Assembly (NCBI RefSeq): GCF_000281045.1
Contig: NW_008246087.1
Location: forward strand, 457,253 to 521,252
DNA from: Saprolegnia diclina VS20
Taxonomy: Eukaryota
Direction: 5' to 3'
Length of the DNA stretch: 64,000 nucleotides
The translations under genes and the position numbers were made by a program. Position 1 is the stretch's first letter, and each line of letters starts with the position of its first letter. Positions 1-11,852 of this stretch are shown piece by piece. A model generated the notes under the pieces. It was not told the origin of the DNA, made no database searches, and saw only the letters and a list, made by a program, of their open reading frames with translations.

Positions 1-788
1 ACGACGACATCAAGGCCCTCAAGGGCAACCTTGAGGAGGCGCGTCAAGCGGCTTTGGCCGGCGCCTCGGAGCACGAAGCGGTCGTCAAGGCGCTCCATGT
101 CGACCACGAGAAGGCGCTAACCGCCAAGGGTGCCGAGTTTCGAGACAAGTACGAAGACGCAGTACGCGGCCGCCGTGTGGTATGCCCAGCTTGCAGCGAC
201 GTCGACGAATCGAATCAGTGGACCGTCTTTGATGGGCCGCTTCTCGAAGACACCGACTTTGACAGCGACATGGAGGTGGTTATGGGTGAACCACCGGCAC
301 CGCCAGACCTGGTCGCCGCCGCAGAGCTCGAAGCAGAACGCAAGGCTTACGAGGCGCTCAAAGCGCAAGCCGACGATGCAGCTGCCCGCGCCGCGTCGAA
401 CGAGCTGCGCCTCGAGAACAAGATCTTGAAGCTCATGACGACCATCAACGATCTCTCGGCCGGTGTCAACGCGCTCTCGTCCGACAAGTCGGAGCTCGCA
501 GTGGCGAAAGCGAAGCTCCAGGAGGAGACGACAAACCTCCTGGCGCGCGTAGCCGCTTTGGAAACGGCGCTGCAGTCGCACAAGACCGACGCCAAGACCG
601 ACATGCAGGCGCTCGAGACGCGGGCGGTCACGGCCGAAGCCGCCCATGAAGCCAACGCGACGACGATCCGGGAGCTGCAAACCACAATCGAAGGACTCTC
701 GACGAGCGCCCTCTTCAAGCGTACGCAAGAGCTCTCGAAACAAATCCGGGACCTCGAGACACAGCTGCACCGACTTGGGTTCTACTAG
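1..788 (+). CDS. 3' part of a long coiled-coil protein (start lies upstream of the window)
   Basis: Frame is open from the window edge to TAG at 786-788. Heptad-rich A/E/K/L composition and GC3-biased codons. Confidence 0.7.
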   Translation, partial: DDIKALKGNLEEARQAALAGASEHEAVVKALHVDHEKALTAKGAEFRDKYEDAVRGRRVVCPACSDVDESNQWTVFDGPLLEDTDFDSDMEVVMGEPPAPPDLVAAAELEAERKAYEALKAQADDAAARAASNELRLENKILKLMTTINDLSAGVNALSSDKSELAVAKAKLQEETTNLLARVAALETALQSHKTDAKTDMQALETRAVTAEAAHEANATTIRELQTTIEGLSTSALFKRTQELSKQIRDLETQLHRLGFY

Positions 789-1754
789 CGACGACCAACT
801 CTTTTTGAATACTACATATTTTGCATGGAAACTATGTTTACACGATGACCTGCAAAACTACTAGCGATCGGTCGATGGTCGATGTCGGGCCATTTTTGAA
901 CGGGAACAAGACCACTCGACGCAACACCAGTAGTACGAGGCAAGGCTGGTAGCTGCCTAGTCGCTCGCGCGATCCACGCGCCTCTGCACTCGCGTGCACG
1001 TTCAAGTACGTCAATAACCCCAACAAACGACGTCGATTCGGACGCACCAAGTACTAAGCTTAGTCGATCGATGCGACAGGTTTAGTGCAACGCGCGGCAA
1101 GCCTCGCGACAGTGCTTCGACGACGGCGTTGTCACGCGACTTCATAGTTGAGCGCTTGCCAATCTTGGGTCGAGGATGACGCACGGAGGACGAGCGCCGT
1201 ATATTCGAAAGTGCAAGGGCAATGTGGAAGCCGCAGCTGCCGGTCGATCGGACGGCGTTTTATGCAAAACCAGATGGACCGAGACTGGTTGCAGTCGCAT
1301 CTGTGTGATGGCACCGCACGCAACGTCGTCGTGGCTTCGTCACGACTCCCCGGTCACTTGCTTTGTCACGAGCGTTGAACTGGCGTAGGCAGGTTTGAGA
1401 TCTGAGTGCTGCTACACGAATGCACCGGTAGCTTCCGACGGCGTCGCCTACTGTGTACTGTAGGAAGCTCCTTCGCTGCATCTTTGTGTCTACCTTGCTG
1501 TGACTGCTTTGCCCATGGAACCCATGCACGAGACTATTCGATATGCATCTTGCAAAGGTTGTAATTGGTTAACATGTCAATCGTAGTATCGGGGTAATTA
1601 ACGCGGCACAGGCTTTTTCGAGGCGTAGAGCGTTGGCAATGCGTTACACAGCGCCGGTCGAACACGCTTTTGCCAGCTTCTACTCTGCCGACAGCAGCTG
1701 TCTCGCGCCTGGAGCATGCCAATTTAGAGTGTACTTTACCTTTTGCTCCGGCTC

Positions 1755-3824
1755 ATGGCAGCCTCCACGCCCATGCTCCTGCTGCTGCTAGGCTGGCTGG
1801 GTATCCTCGCCGTCGCCGCCATCGACCCGCCCACCGGCAACCACCGCAAGATCGACGTCGACCTCTGGAACGACCTGCATACCAAAGAGTCGGTCGACGC
1901 GATCGTCGAGTTTGAGGGCCTCCAACAGTTCTGGGGCGACAAGGCCGAGCACACCGACTTGGACAAGCCGTCGAGCAACGTCCGAGTCCGCGACCTTCTC
2001 CGGTCCGTCGCCGAGCGCGCGCAGGTGAACGCGCGCCACATCCTCGAGGGCAAGGCGCCGCACCGCCGGCGGCTCGAGAGCGCGCCCGAGGTCTGTCCCG
2101 GCATCGACGACGTCGAGCTCCAGGACCTCTGGGTCGCCAACCAGTTCAAGGTCTTCTCGCTCACGCTGTGCATTGCCGAGCAGCTGAGCAACCTCCCGCA
2201 CGTGCGTCGGCTGCGGTACGGCTACACCATGACGATCGGCACGACATCGAGCGTCATGCAAACGGGCAGCGCCAACTCGTGGGGCATCACCGCGATCGGC
2301 GCGCCTTCTGCGTGGGCGCTCGGCCACACCGGCCAAGGCGTCCTGATCGGGTCCATCGATAGCGGCGTCCGGGCGACGCACGAAGCGCTCTCGGCCAACT
2401 TCCGGGGTCCTTACGGATGGTACGACGCAGTGACCGAGTCACCGACGCCCGTCGACGAGAACGGCCATGGGACGCACACGATGGGGACGATCGCCGGAAG
2501 CCACGGCGTCGGCGTCGCGCCCGGTGTCACATGGATGGCTTGCCGCGCGTGCTCGGCCTCCGAGTGCAAGGAAGCCGACCTCCTCACGTGCATGCAGTTC
2601 ATGCTGTGCCCGACCGACGTCAAGGGTGAGAACGAAGACTGCTCGAAGGCGCCGCGCGTCGTCAACAACAGCTGGGGCGCCGGCGCGACCGACCTCGGCT
2701 CGTACCGCGCGGCCGTCGAGGCGTGGCGCCGAGCGGGCATCATCCCGATCTTTTCGAATGGCAACACGGGCGCGTCCGGGTGCGCCTCGGTGCAGAGTCC
2801 GGCCGACTATGACAATGTCATTAGCGTCGGCAACACCGACTCGACGGGCGCGCTGAGCCAAACGAGCAGCCGGGGACCGACCAAGGCGGGGGCGATGAAG
2901 CCGACGCTGTCCGCCCCCGGGTCTGCGATCACGTCGGCGTCCAACAAAGGCGATGGGTCATACGCGGTCATGTCGGGCACGAGCATGGCCGCGCCGCATG
3001 TCACCGGCGCGGTCGCTCTTCTCCTCAGCCAGCACCCGAGCTGGGGCTACGACGAGATCCTCAAGGCGCTCACAACCAGCGCGACAACATCGACGCTCAA
3101 GCCGTCGACGCCCGACACGTGCGGGGCCACGGTCTCAACCACGTTCCCCAACAACCATTTCGGCTACGGCCTCCTCTCGCTGACACCGTCGACACCGGCG
3201 ACCACGAATGCGACGACGACGATGCCGTCAACGATCAACGCGACGACCAGTGTACCGTCACCGACCGCCGTCAACGGATCCACTGCGCCGTCGACGATTC
3301 TGCCACTGCCGTCGGCGTCCTCGAGCCATGCAGCCAGCAGCACGCCACCGCCCGTGACGACGACACCGGCACCGACCGTGCCACCGTCGGAGCTCAACAC
3401 GGAGCTCAACACCGACGTACTGATCGTAACACCGGTGCGGTCCGTCGTCATCGTTGTCGGCACGAGCGTCCGTGCGACGTCCGTGTCGTCGTCGGCGCCC
3501 ATCACGGGCGCGACGCTCACGTACAGCCCGATGACGCAGCAAGTGGTCGCGTTCAATGGCGAGTGCCTCACCGCGTCGCCGATGGCCGAGAGCAGCGGGA
3601 CCTTCCTCCTGCACACGTGGCCGTGCCGCCTCAGCAATATCAACCAGCGCTGGGTCGTCAAGGACCAGCGCATCGCCCACGGCCGCCACACCAACCAGTG
3701 CTTGGCGGTGGTCGCGTCGTCGGCCGGCGTCGCGCCCTGCGACCCGAAAGCGCCGTCCCAAGTGCTCAGCGCGCTCCCGCTCGACCGCGCGATGGCGTAC
3801 CTCTCGTCTCCGCGTCGCGTGTAG
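1755..3824 (+). CDS. Secreted subtilisin-like serine protease (S8) with Thr/Pro-rich linker and C-terminal ricin-B-lectin-like domain
   Basis: Hydrophobic N-terminus (MLLLLLGWLGILAVAA). Catalytic motifs IDSG, HGTHTMG and GTSMAAPHV. C-terminal CL..WPC..NQRW..CL pattern typical of ricin-type beta-trefoils. Intronless. Confidence 0.92.
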   Translation: MAASTPMLLLLLGWLGILAVAAIDPPTGNHRKIDVDLWNDLHTKESVDAIVEFEGLQQFWGDKAEHTDLDKPSSNVRVRDLLRSVAERAQVNARHILEGKAPHRRRLESAPEVCPGIDDVELQDLWVANQFKVFSLTLCIAEQLSNLPHVRRLRYGYTMTIGTTSSVMQTGSANSWGITAIGAPSAWALGHTGQGVLIGSIDSGVRATHEALSANFRGPYGWYDAVTESPTPVDENGHGTHTMGTIAGSHGVGVAPGVTWMACRACSASECKEADLLTCMQFMLCPTDVKGENEDCSKAPRVVNNSWGAGATDLGSYRAAVEAWRRAGIIPIFSNGNTGASGCASVQSPADYDNVISVGNTDSTGALSQTSSRGPTKAGAMKPTLSAPGSAITSASNKGDGSYAVMSGTSMAAPHVTGAVALLLSQHPSWGYDEILKALTTSATTSTLKPSTPDTCGATVSTTFPNNHFGYGLLSLTPSTPATTNATTTMPSTINATTSVPSPTAVNGSTAPSTILPLPSASSSHAASSTPPPVTTTPAPTVPPSELNTELNTDVLIVTPVRSVVIVVGTSVRATSVSSSAPITGATLTYSPMTQQVVAFNGECLTASPMAESSGTFLLHTWPCRLSNINQRWVVKDQRIAHGRHTNQCLAVVASSAGVAPCDPKAPSQVLSALPLDRAMAYLSSPRRV

Positions 3825-3879
3825 TTCAGATCCTAAGACTCTCAAGACATGTTGTATCTATCTTATTACGGAAAACAGC

Positions 3880-5402
3880 CTACGACTCGAGGGCCAACGC
3901 AGCAGTGAGGCGGTCGATGAGCTCGGCCTTGAGGCCCTTCGTGTCCAAGTTGCGCTCCTTGAGGTATGCACGCAGTTCGACGACCTTGAGCTTGGTCACT
4001 TGCCCGATATCGCGCTTCGAGGTCTTTGCCGAGACGGCGTCGACGACGACTACCGTTGCGCTCGTCACTGCCTTCTCCGTCGGCGCGTCGATGAGTGTGA
4101 CCTCGTCGTCCTCGTGTGTCATCGCAACGTCATTGGACGCGTCGTCGTTCTGCTCTGCAGCTGCTTCGTCGTCTTTCTCCGAAGGTCCGTCGTCGTTGTG
4201 GTTCGTCGGAGCTTGGTCGTGCTGCTCAGGAGCAGCACTGTTGTCTGGTTCAGTGATGTCCAGCTCGGCATCTGCCTCGGTCATTGCAGTGTCGTCCTGC
4301 TCGGCAGCTGCACTGGAGCTTTGTTGGGGCGTTGCCACCGCTTCGCTCGTCTCGTCGGCGGGCTTGACGGCGTCTTGTGCATCTGCGTCTTCTGTCGGGG
4401 CGTCCGCCCGAGACGCGTCTGGGTTGCTTTCTTCTTCCTTGGCGGTTGTGGTCTCGACCGTGTTGGACGGTGCGAGGTCCGCCGATGACGCGCGTGTCTT
4501 CTTGGCGGGCGACCCGCCTTCGGTGCGCACGGCGTCGAGCTTGGCAGTGAGCACATCGACCTTGCGCTTCGTGTCGGCTTCGATCTCGCGCTTCTTGACC
4601 TCAAACTCTCGTCGACGGAGCTTGATCTTCTCTTCGATGGCTTCCATGGACGCGTCGACAAGGGCTTGCGTCTCCTTGGTGTGACGCGCAGGAAGGTAGT
4701 AGATTGGGATCGGCGCGACTGTCTGAAGGAACCGCGCGTGGTGGCGCTCGTACGTTGTGCTGAGCGTGACCTGTCGCTCGAGCTTGGCGATGTTGTCGCT
4801 GGCGCTGCGCTTGAGCGACGAGATCTGCGTCTCGATCCTTCGCTTCTCCGAGCGCTGGGATGCGAGGCCTTGCACCCGCTGGCTCTGCTCTTTGGTCTTG
4901 GCGTCCGCCGCCGAGAGCAACCGGTCTTGCTTCTGGAGCAAATCGCTATCCTTTGCGAGCTGCTTCTTGGCTTTGCCGAGGTGCCCCATAAGGTTGCCAA
5001 ACAAGCGGCGCCGCCCGTTCAAGAGGTCGATGGGCATCGCTGTCCCGTCGCTCCCGCGCTACAACAGGTCGTTCGTCGGTGCAGTTCATTCTCGTGCGGC
5101 AAGCGTACCATCAAACGTCGGCGCTTCTCTTCGCCTTGGCCTTCAGGCTCGCGCGCCGTGCGCTTCCGCGGCGAAGCAGCATCGGCAACCGCACCACGCT
5201 CGCCGAGCCGGTCGCGGATGCTCTTGCCATTGCGCGGGGTCTCATTCTGGTCGTGGCTACCTCGCCGGCCCTCGGCTACACATACAGCCCATCGGTCTTC
5301 TCCTCTTGCCACGTCACGCGCTCGTACCATGGCGTCGCGTCGGCGTCTCGGGCATCGTCGTCGTGATGTGTGGTCGCTCCGATGTTTCGATATCTTGGCC
5401 AT
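3880..5402 (-). CDS. Pinin/SDK/memA-domain protein with C-terminal SAP domain
   Basis: RRRLFGNLMGHL..AK and FLQT..PIPIYYLP match the pinin domain; KLKVVELRAYLKERNLDTKGLKAELIDRL is a SAP motif. A 50-nt intron (5059-5108) joins the upstream ORF in frame. Start codon uncertain. Confidence 0.8.
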
Positions 5403-5538
5403 ACCCAAGTGTAGTGACCCGTTAAAGTACGTTTCGATCACTCGCAAGTTCTCGTGAAGTGCGTCTCGTTCAAGTGCGTTTGCGGAACACTGCGTCAAGT
5501 ACGGTTGCCAATTAAGTTCGGGCAGCCCAGCGGCAAGG

Positions 5539-6422
5539 ATGGAGGACACGCCGACGCCGTCGAGCGCCGTCCACGCCGACGACTACAACGCGTGCTTCAA
5601 GGACACGGTGTGGCTGAGCACGTTCGAGCTCAACTTCCACACGGTGCTCTACTACTTTGCGCTCTCGCCCTTCTACGACAAGAACTGCAACAACGAGCGG
5701 CTCAAGATGCAGCGGTTGCCGCTCGACCAGCTCGTCAACATGCGTGGCATCGAGTACGAGCTGCTGCCCAACCTCTCCAAGCAGCTGCCGCAGACGCTCT
5801 ACATCATTCGCAAGCAGTTTCGCACGAGCAAGACCAGCGTCCAGGTCATGGCCATCTACTACTGCCTCGACCAGACCATTTACCAAGCCCCGAATACGTT
5901 TACGATGATCACATCGCGCTTGGTACGACCATGACCTTATCAATGTGCGCAAACCGCATGGCATGGTGAGCGTAGAAGAAGTGCAGCTACCGCATCAACA
6001 AGGCGTTCCAAGCGCTCAGCGCCGGCGTCCGCTTCAGCCCCACCGAAGGCTACGCGTGGGACTTCAGCACGGACGAGAAGAAGGAGCCGCTCATTCCCTC
6101 GGAGCGTACGACCGCTTGACGCAGTGTCACTCGATACTGATGGCCACCGTGTAGAGTTGGCCCTCAAGCTCAAGCGCAAGCAAGAGAAGGAGGAAAAGAC
6201 CAAGCAAAACAGCTCGCGTGTCGATGCGATTGTCCTCAACCTCGTCAAGAAGGTACATCATCGCTCGATGTGCATGGCCTCATCTATCCAATGTGCTAGC
6301 ATGCACCAGAAGTCATGGCAGCGGGGGCGGCGATGATGGCACCGCAGCCGCCTGCTGTGCCCGAGGCGGAGGCGACGCCGGCCGACGGCAACCCACCGCC
6401 GGCCAAGCGTCAGAAGATGTGA
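5539..6422 (+). CDS. MED6: Mediator complex subunit 6 (multi-exon)
   Basis: VLYYFALSPFYDKNCNNE..KMQ, MRGIEY, LYIIRKQ and YYCLDQTIYQAP are MED6 family motifs. About 3 short introns; TGA at 6420-6422. Confidence 0.88.
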
Positions 6423-6449
6423 TTTCGCCATCAATATGGAGCCTCTGTG

Positions 6450-6728
6450 TTACTTATCTTTCTTGTCGTCGTTCTCGTCGTTCTCGGGTTGTACCGTCTT
6501 GTCTTCGGTGGGCATGCTCGGGACGAGGCGCGTCGCGACCTCGTGGACCATTGGCGGCTGCGTCGACATGCGCAGCTTGGGCAGCAGGATGAACACGATG
6601 AGGAAGAGCACAAAGCCGACAACGATGCCCACGTTGACGCCGCAGATGCGGTTGACCGGGTACGGGAGGCAGTAGGGCTCGTCGGCCACGCGGCGCTGGC
6701 GCCAGCTGCCGTCGACGTGCTGCGCCAT
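6450..6728 (-). CDS. Small single-pass membrane protein, hypothetical
   Basis: ORF with one TM segment (VGIVVGFVLFLIVFILL), acidic tail and coding-like codon usage. 5' end uncertain. Confidence 0.5.
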   Translation of the reverse strand: MAQHVDGSWRQRRVADEPYCLPYPVNRICGVNVGIVVGFVLFLIVFILLPKLRMSTQPPMVHEVATRLVPSMPTEDKTVQPENDENDDKKDK

Positions 6729-7186
6729 AGGGACCGCTGGAGGAGTTCGGATACTGCGAAGGTATCCGGTAGATACAATTCGGCATGTGCCATGTTGAAG
6801 CTTTGCCTCCAATTTCGCTGCCCGCGCAATGTGTAGACGCACCAAGGCTGTATTCTACACGCGAGAAGAGCTCCACGTATTCAAGCCTGAGCTCTTTCAG
6901 CTTGCGTTCGCGCCTGCCGTCTCGGTGCAGCGAGCTATGGCAAGTGCGATTTCGGTGGCTGCTCGTCGTTTAGGCGGCTGCTGGTGGCGTAGCCTGACTG
7001 GACGACGTCTCTCCTCTTAGACGTTCTGTACTACTGAGCAAGATTGTCGTGTGAGACTCGTATAGCAGCGCGATCAACAGCGAGCTTGCGGGTGTGCAGG
7101 AAGCCAACGCGCGGGTGGCCGCGTTGTTGTTTTCGGCATTTGCCGATTGCAAGATCGCAAATTCTGGTTATTTGAGTGGAGCGACG

Positions 7187-8266
7187 ATGGAGGTCCATGT
7201 GTGGAGCTCGCTGGAAGAGCAGGTCGATACGGTGCTGCCCGTCGAGATCGCCGGCGACAAGTACCTCGTCGCGGTAACCTCGTTCCTCGAGGGCAACGAC
7301 TGGAGCAGCAGCGTGCGGCTCTTGCGCTACGCCAGCGGCGTCTTTGAGCACGTCCACGCCCTGCGCCTCCCGACCAGCGTCGCCAGCGTCGCGTGGTTCG
7401 AGCCCGACGTGCTCGTTTGCGCCGGCGACGATGGCGATCTTTACTATTGCATGTATGACACCGAGGCGTCTCGTTGGCGCCGCCTCGACCCGGAAGTCGC
7501 GCATGGTCACAACGACCTCATCACGTCCGTGGACATCCATGTGTCGACGCTCGCGTCGGCCAGCTGGGACAACAGCGTCAAGGTCTGGGACCTCACAACG
7601 ATGGCGCTGCGCGAGCAGCTCAAGGACCACACGGACAAGGTCTGGGGCGTCCAGTGGGCGCCGTTGGCGACGGAGCAGTGTGCGACCGCGTCCCAAGATC
7701 GCACCGGTAGCTGTCGCTTGCACCAACCTCCGTCTCTCGAAGATGCTTATGCCATGGTATATAGTGCGGCTGTGGGATACGCGCCAGCCCCGCGCGACCA
7801 CGTCCGTCTCGACGCCAAGCGCGGCCATGTGCGTGGCGTGGCACCCGACGCAGGACCACCTCGTGACCACGGGCCTCGAAGACGGGTCGCTCTGGACGAT
7901 CGACACGCGGTCCTTGGAGACGACGCTCTCGACCTTGGTATCGCGACTGCGACCTCCCGCCCACATCGCTCACACGTCACGTAGAACCAAGTGCATCGCA
8001 GCAGCGTGCATGCCATCTCATACCACGACGATGCGCTGGCGTCGGCTTCGGACGACACGACAGTGCAGATCTGGGACCATCTCTCGTCGGCGTCGCCCAC
8101 ACAGCGGTAGGCTTCAACGGCCCATATGCTACCGTACTGACTGTATACTAGGCTCGTGTACGACGAGCACGCAGACTATGTACACGGGGTCGCGTGGTGG
8201 CATGGCAACTGCGTCGTCTCGAGCAGCTATGACAAGAGTGTGCATCTTTGGCCCGTCGAAGCCTAA
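7187..8266 (+). CDS. WD40-repeat protein, methylosome protein 50 (WDR77/MEP50)-like
   Basis: WD repeats (GHNDLITSV..SASWDNSVKVWD; HTDKVWGVQW; VRLWDTRQPR..VAWHP..GLEDG). Layout resembles MEP50 as recalled. About 3 introns; TAA at 8264-8266. Confidence 0.7.
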
Positions 8267-8279
8267 ATGCCAAGACTTC

Positions 8280-10319
8280 TTAAATAGGTAGCAGCTCTTT
8301 CCCACTGTCCGCAGCTTCCTTGGGCTTGGCCTTGGCGACCGAGTTGCGCGCAGGCTTGGGTGGGGGCTTGACGTCGAGTAGCCACTCGTGCGCGAGCGCA
8401 TCCGATGGCGTCAGCCGCACGGCCGGGTCCCATGCCAAGCACCGCGCGACAAAGTCGGTCATTTTGCCGTCCGGGTTCTTCAGTAGCGCGCGGAGCTCGC
8501 GGGACTTTGGTCGGCGCTTCCGACCGCGTGAGTTGACGAGTTGGAGGGGCTCACCAGCTTCGTCAAAGAAGTTTTTGCGGCGCTTGCACGACGCCACCAT
8601 CGAAGCCGGCGGGACGTCCAGCACCTCCATGATGCAAGCGAGCTGCTCGGCCTCGTTCTCACCCGGGAATATCGGGTACCCGGTGAAGAGCTCGCCGATG
8701 ATGCAGCCAAAGGACCACATGTCGATCGGGTGGCCGTACGGGAGGCCGAGGATGACCTCGGGCGCGCGGTAGAAGCGCGACTGGATGTACGTAAAGAAGG
8801 TTGCGTTCTCAAAGCAAGACGAGCCAAAGTCGATGAGCGCGACAAGGTGCGTCTTGGGCTTCTTCAAGAGGATGTTTTCGGGCTTGAGGTCGCAGTGCAC
8901 AATGCGCTGGGCCTTGAGAAAGCTCAGCGCGAGGAGCATTTCCACCGCCATCTTTTTGATCAAAAGCACGGGGAGACCGCGGAATTGCTCGAGGCGAAGG
9001 TGCTCGTAGAGGTTCAAACTCAGGAGCTCAAAGCTCATGCAGAGGTGGCAGCGGAACGTAAACGACTCGTGGAGCCGAATGATGTTGCTCTTCCCATCGC
9101 TATCGGCTTGCTTCATGTGGGAGAGGAGCTGCGCTTCGACGATCGACTGCTCCTGGAACTTTTGCTTGTTGCGTACGATCTTGACCGCCACCATTGCCCG
9201 AGCCGCGCGGTCGTGGCACTTGAGCACTTGGCCAAACGAGCCGCGCCCAAGATGCCCGACGATCTCGTACCGGTACGCAATGTGGTCGTGGACGTTCCCG
9301 AGATAGTCGCCGTTCTCGTCGTCAAAGCTAGGAGGCATATGGGAGGCAACACACCATGGAGGACGAGCGTACCCGTCGTTGCCGACCGCGTTGGCGCGCG
9401 TCTTGGACGCGAGCGTGCCATAGTAGTAGACCTTTTCGACCGCCAAAATCTCGGTTTTCTCAAAGTCCGTGAGCTCCTGCGACGCGGTCTCGAGCACGGC
9501 CTGCGGCGTTTGGACGCTTGTCGGCGCCGACTCGAGCCCTTTGTTTTGGCCGCGATTGTGGTCATAGCCCCGGGGTGGGTCCTTGGCTGGCTGCTTGGGC
9601 GGCGGTCGCGGCTCGGTCGGCGGTCGCGGTACGGCCGTGGCCATCGACGTCTCGGCCACTTTGCTCGGTGCGTTTTCCTTGGCAGTCTTGGCATCGACTT
9701 GGGCCTTGGTCGCACTACTGCTATCAGGCTTGGTGGCGTCGGGCGCCTTGGGCTTGGCACTGTCACGAGGCTTGTTGTTGGGTTCGGGCGGGCGCATTGG
9801 CTGGAGACGAGGGTTGCTTGGCGGCGGGTCGCTCGGCTCCTTGCGCTCGCGCATGCTCACCGCCAAGGACGGGATCGACGTCGACCGCGCCGGCTCCTTC
9901 TCGACGGCGACCGGCGCGGTTCGCCCGAGGTGGAAGCGGTCGCGCAGCGACGGCAGCTCAATGGGCCGGCCAAACGCGCGCATGCGACGAGTTGAACCCG
10001 GGCAAATGGAACCCTTTCGTATTTTTAGCCGCACTCGGTAAAAAGGCGGGATCCGCGGACGCCTTTTCGGCTTCAAAGACAGGGGCGTCGCGTAGGTACA
10101 TTCTGAACCAGCTGGGGCTGGCGACGGCGTGGGACGCTTTGCAAAGCGAGCAGGTTCTTCGTGCTCGTCGTCGCTGCAGGAGAAGAGTGGCTTCAGGAAT
10201 CGATGCGCGTTGCTCGGCTTCCTCGGGCTGTCGATTGTGTCGGGTGAGGTGGACCTTATAGCATTGCCAACACGTGGAGAAGCAGCGCCTTTCGCAGGCA
10301 TCCAATGCATCATCATCAT
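8280..10319 (-). CDS. DYRK-family (DYRK2/4-like) dual-specificity kinase with long low-complexity N-terminus
   Basis: DH box (FDDENGDY..HDHIAYRYE), GRGSFGQV, HCDLKPEN, DFGSS and the YIQSRFYRAPE activation loop. Probable intron near 9330-9370. Confidence 0.93.
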   Translation of the reverse strand: MMMMHWMPAKGAASPRVGNAIRSTSPDTIDSPRKPSNAHRFLKPLFSCSDDEHEEPARFAKRPTPSPAPAGSECTYATPLSLKPKRRPRIPPFYRVRLKIRKGSICPGSTRRMRAFGRPIELPSLRDRFHLGRTAPVAVEKEPARSTSIPSLAVSMRERKEPSDPPPSNPRLQPMRPPEPNNKPRDSAKPKAPDATKPDSSSATKAQVDAKTAKENAPSKVAETSMATAVPRPPTEPRPPPKQPAKDPPRGYDHNRGQNKGLESAPTSVQTPQAVLETASQELTDFEKTEILAVEKVYYYGTLASKTRANAVGNDGYARPPWCVASHMPPSFDDENGDYLGNVHDHIAYRYEIVGHLGRGSFGQVLKCHDRAARAMVAVKIVRNKQKFQEQSIVEAQLLSHMKQADSDGKSNIIRLHESFTFRCHLCMSFELLSLNLYEHLRLEQFRGLPVLLIKKMAVEMLLALSFLKAQRIVHCDLKPENILLKKPKTHLVALIDFGSSCFENATFFTYIQSRFYRAPEVILGLPYGHPIDMWSFGCIIGELFTGYPIFPGENEAEQLACIMEVLDVPPASMVASCKRRKNFFDEAGEPLQLVNSRGRKRRPKSRELRALLKNPDGKMTDFVARCLAWDPAVRLTPSDALAHEWLLDVKPPPKPARNSVAKAKPKEAADSGKELLPI

Positions 10320-11852
10320 ATACTCATCTCAACGCCCCAGCTCCAATATGCCATGAAGCCCTACATCTGCACAGTCTGCTGCAACACCGTCGACGACAGC
10401 CTATCGCGCATGCTGGTGCAAGGGCAGGAGGAGGCATGGGATGGAATCTGTGCACGGGCACGGCTTTTCGGAAACTGCAGGTCCACCCATGGATCGTCCC
10501 ATGTTGGTCGGTACGATCTGGTCGATCGTGTCGAGTACTTTGAGTTTGTAATACCGAGCGGCCGCTTTTCTTGCACATGTAGCATATGCTGGTGCCAGCT
10601 GGTGCACTTCAGAGTTGAGCGTTTTCAGGACAACAACGATTCGCGGCCAAACGGGGTACATGTACGGGCCAATTATTATATTTACACCCACTTGGCCCGC
10701 CAACACGCTAGCCGCATTCGAGTAGTACGGTATGCTTCACCTCGAGTACGTACTAGTAGTTGGTATGGGGACAGGCCAATTTGCGCGCTGCGTGCGTCGA
10801 GTGCGACCTCGCACGCGCGCGCTGTCACCAAGCCAACTCGTCGATCAGATTTGGCACCTCTGCTTTGCAAGATGTGCTCCCGACGCTTCTGATCATGGCA
10901 ACCCATCGCGTCGTATTTTTTTATTTTCAAATAAATAGAGCGTTGCGCCTGCGTCGTTTTTATTGTGCCCACTCGGACGTCGCCGCGCCGTCTGAGTTGC
11001 GGCCTTGCATGATGGCCAGGTCCCGGCTCTAATGCATTAGCAGCCCATAAGTAGCAGCGTCGGGACGCACCTCTGGCGACGCGTATCAGCGATTCCTTCA
11101 CTTGGCGATCGGCGCCGTCCCGAGCGTCCGCACTTCTGTCTGCAAGTTGAAGCCACGCGTTGCCGTCTTTAGCGCCAGCCTCATCTCGCCGTAGGAAATG
11201 TATCGACAGCGCTTCAGGATTATAGAAGGAGGAGACGAAAGCTGCGCCGGGATGGACGAGATAATAGACGGTGGGTTGCCACAGGCGAAACAGTACACGG
11301 GTGCTGCAGTTGCCTTCGTCGTCGCTGTCGATAGAGGCAGTGCCACGTCCAACTTCAAGATCTTATCGTGGCCAACATTGCGCTCGGCGATTAAAATATC
11401 ATTTGAAATTGGACGCGTGGGAGCTATTAAAAACGCGCACCCAATCGCGGCGCATTTAAAAAAAGAGACGCGTCGTACAATCCAATGGCATACAAATCTT
11501 CAATCATACAATGCAACCACGCCGCGCGCCAAGAGGGGGACACGAAAAAAAGACACGCGGACTTTTTTTTTTTAAATGGCGCACCTCGCATTAAAATAGC
11601 AGGTGGTTTTATTGCAAGTGTCTTTTATTCGGCTCCTTTTTTGTGAGATTTAATTGAGCATACAAAGAGAGAGTGTACGTTGTGAAAACGCAATAAAAAT
11701 TGGTGGCCAAGGCGGATTGTATTGCCCCCTCCCAGAACTTATCGCTAGGCCCGCAGCTACTCGAGTACACTGTACACGGCGCTCCACTAAGAACGGCGAC
11801 GTGGGCTAGGACTTCTGCTTTTCCCGACAAACCCGCAAGTCAAGTACACATC

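Noticed and set aside
3119..4684. Long ORFs overlapping real genes (e.g. 3119-4684, 8541-9995, 34136-35893, 12499-13374)
   Set aside because: Antisense or alternate-frame shadows expected in GC3-rich coding DNA; no motifs.
10305..11700. Cys-rich ORF 10305-10892, ORFs at 11098-11575 and AT-rich tracts suggestive of a decayed transposon
   Set aside because: No recognisable domain, weak codon bias, and no convincing TIR or target-site duplication found.
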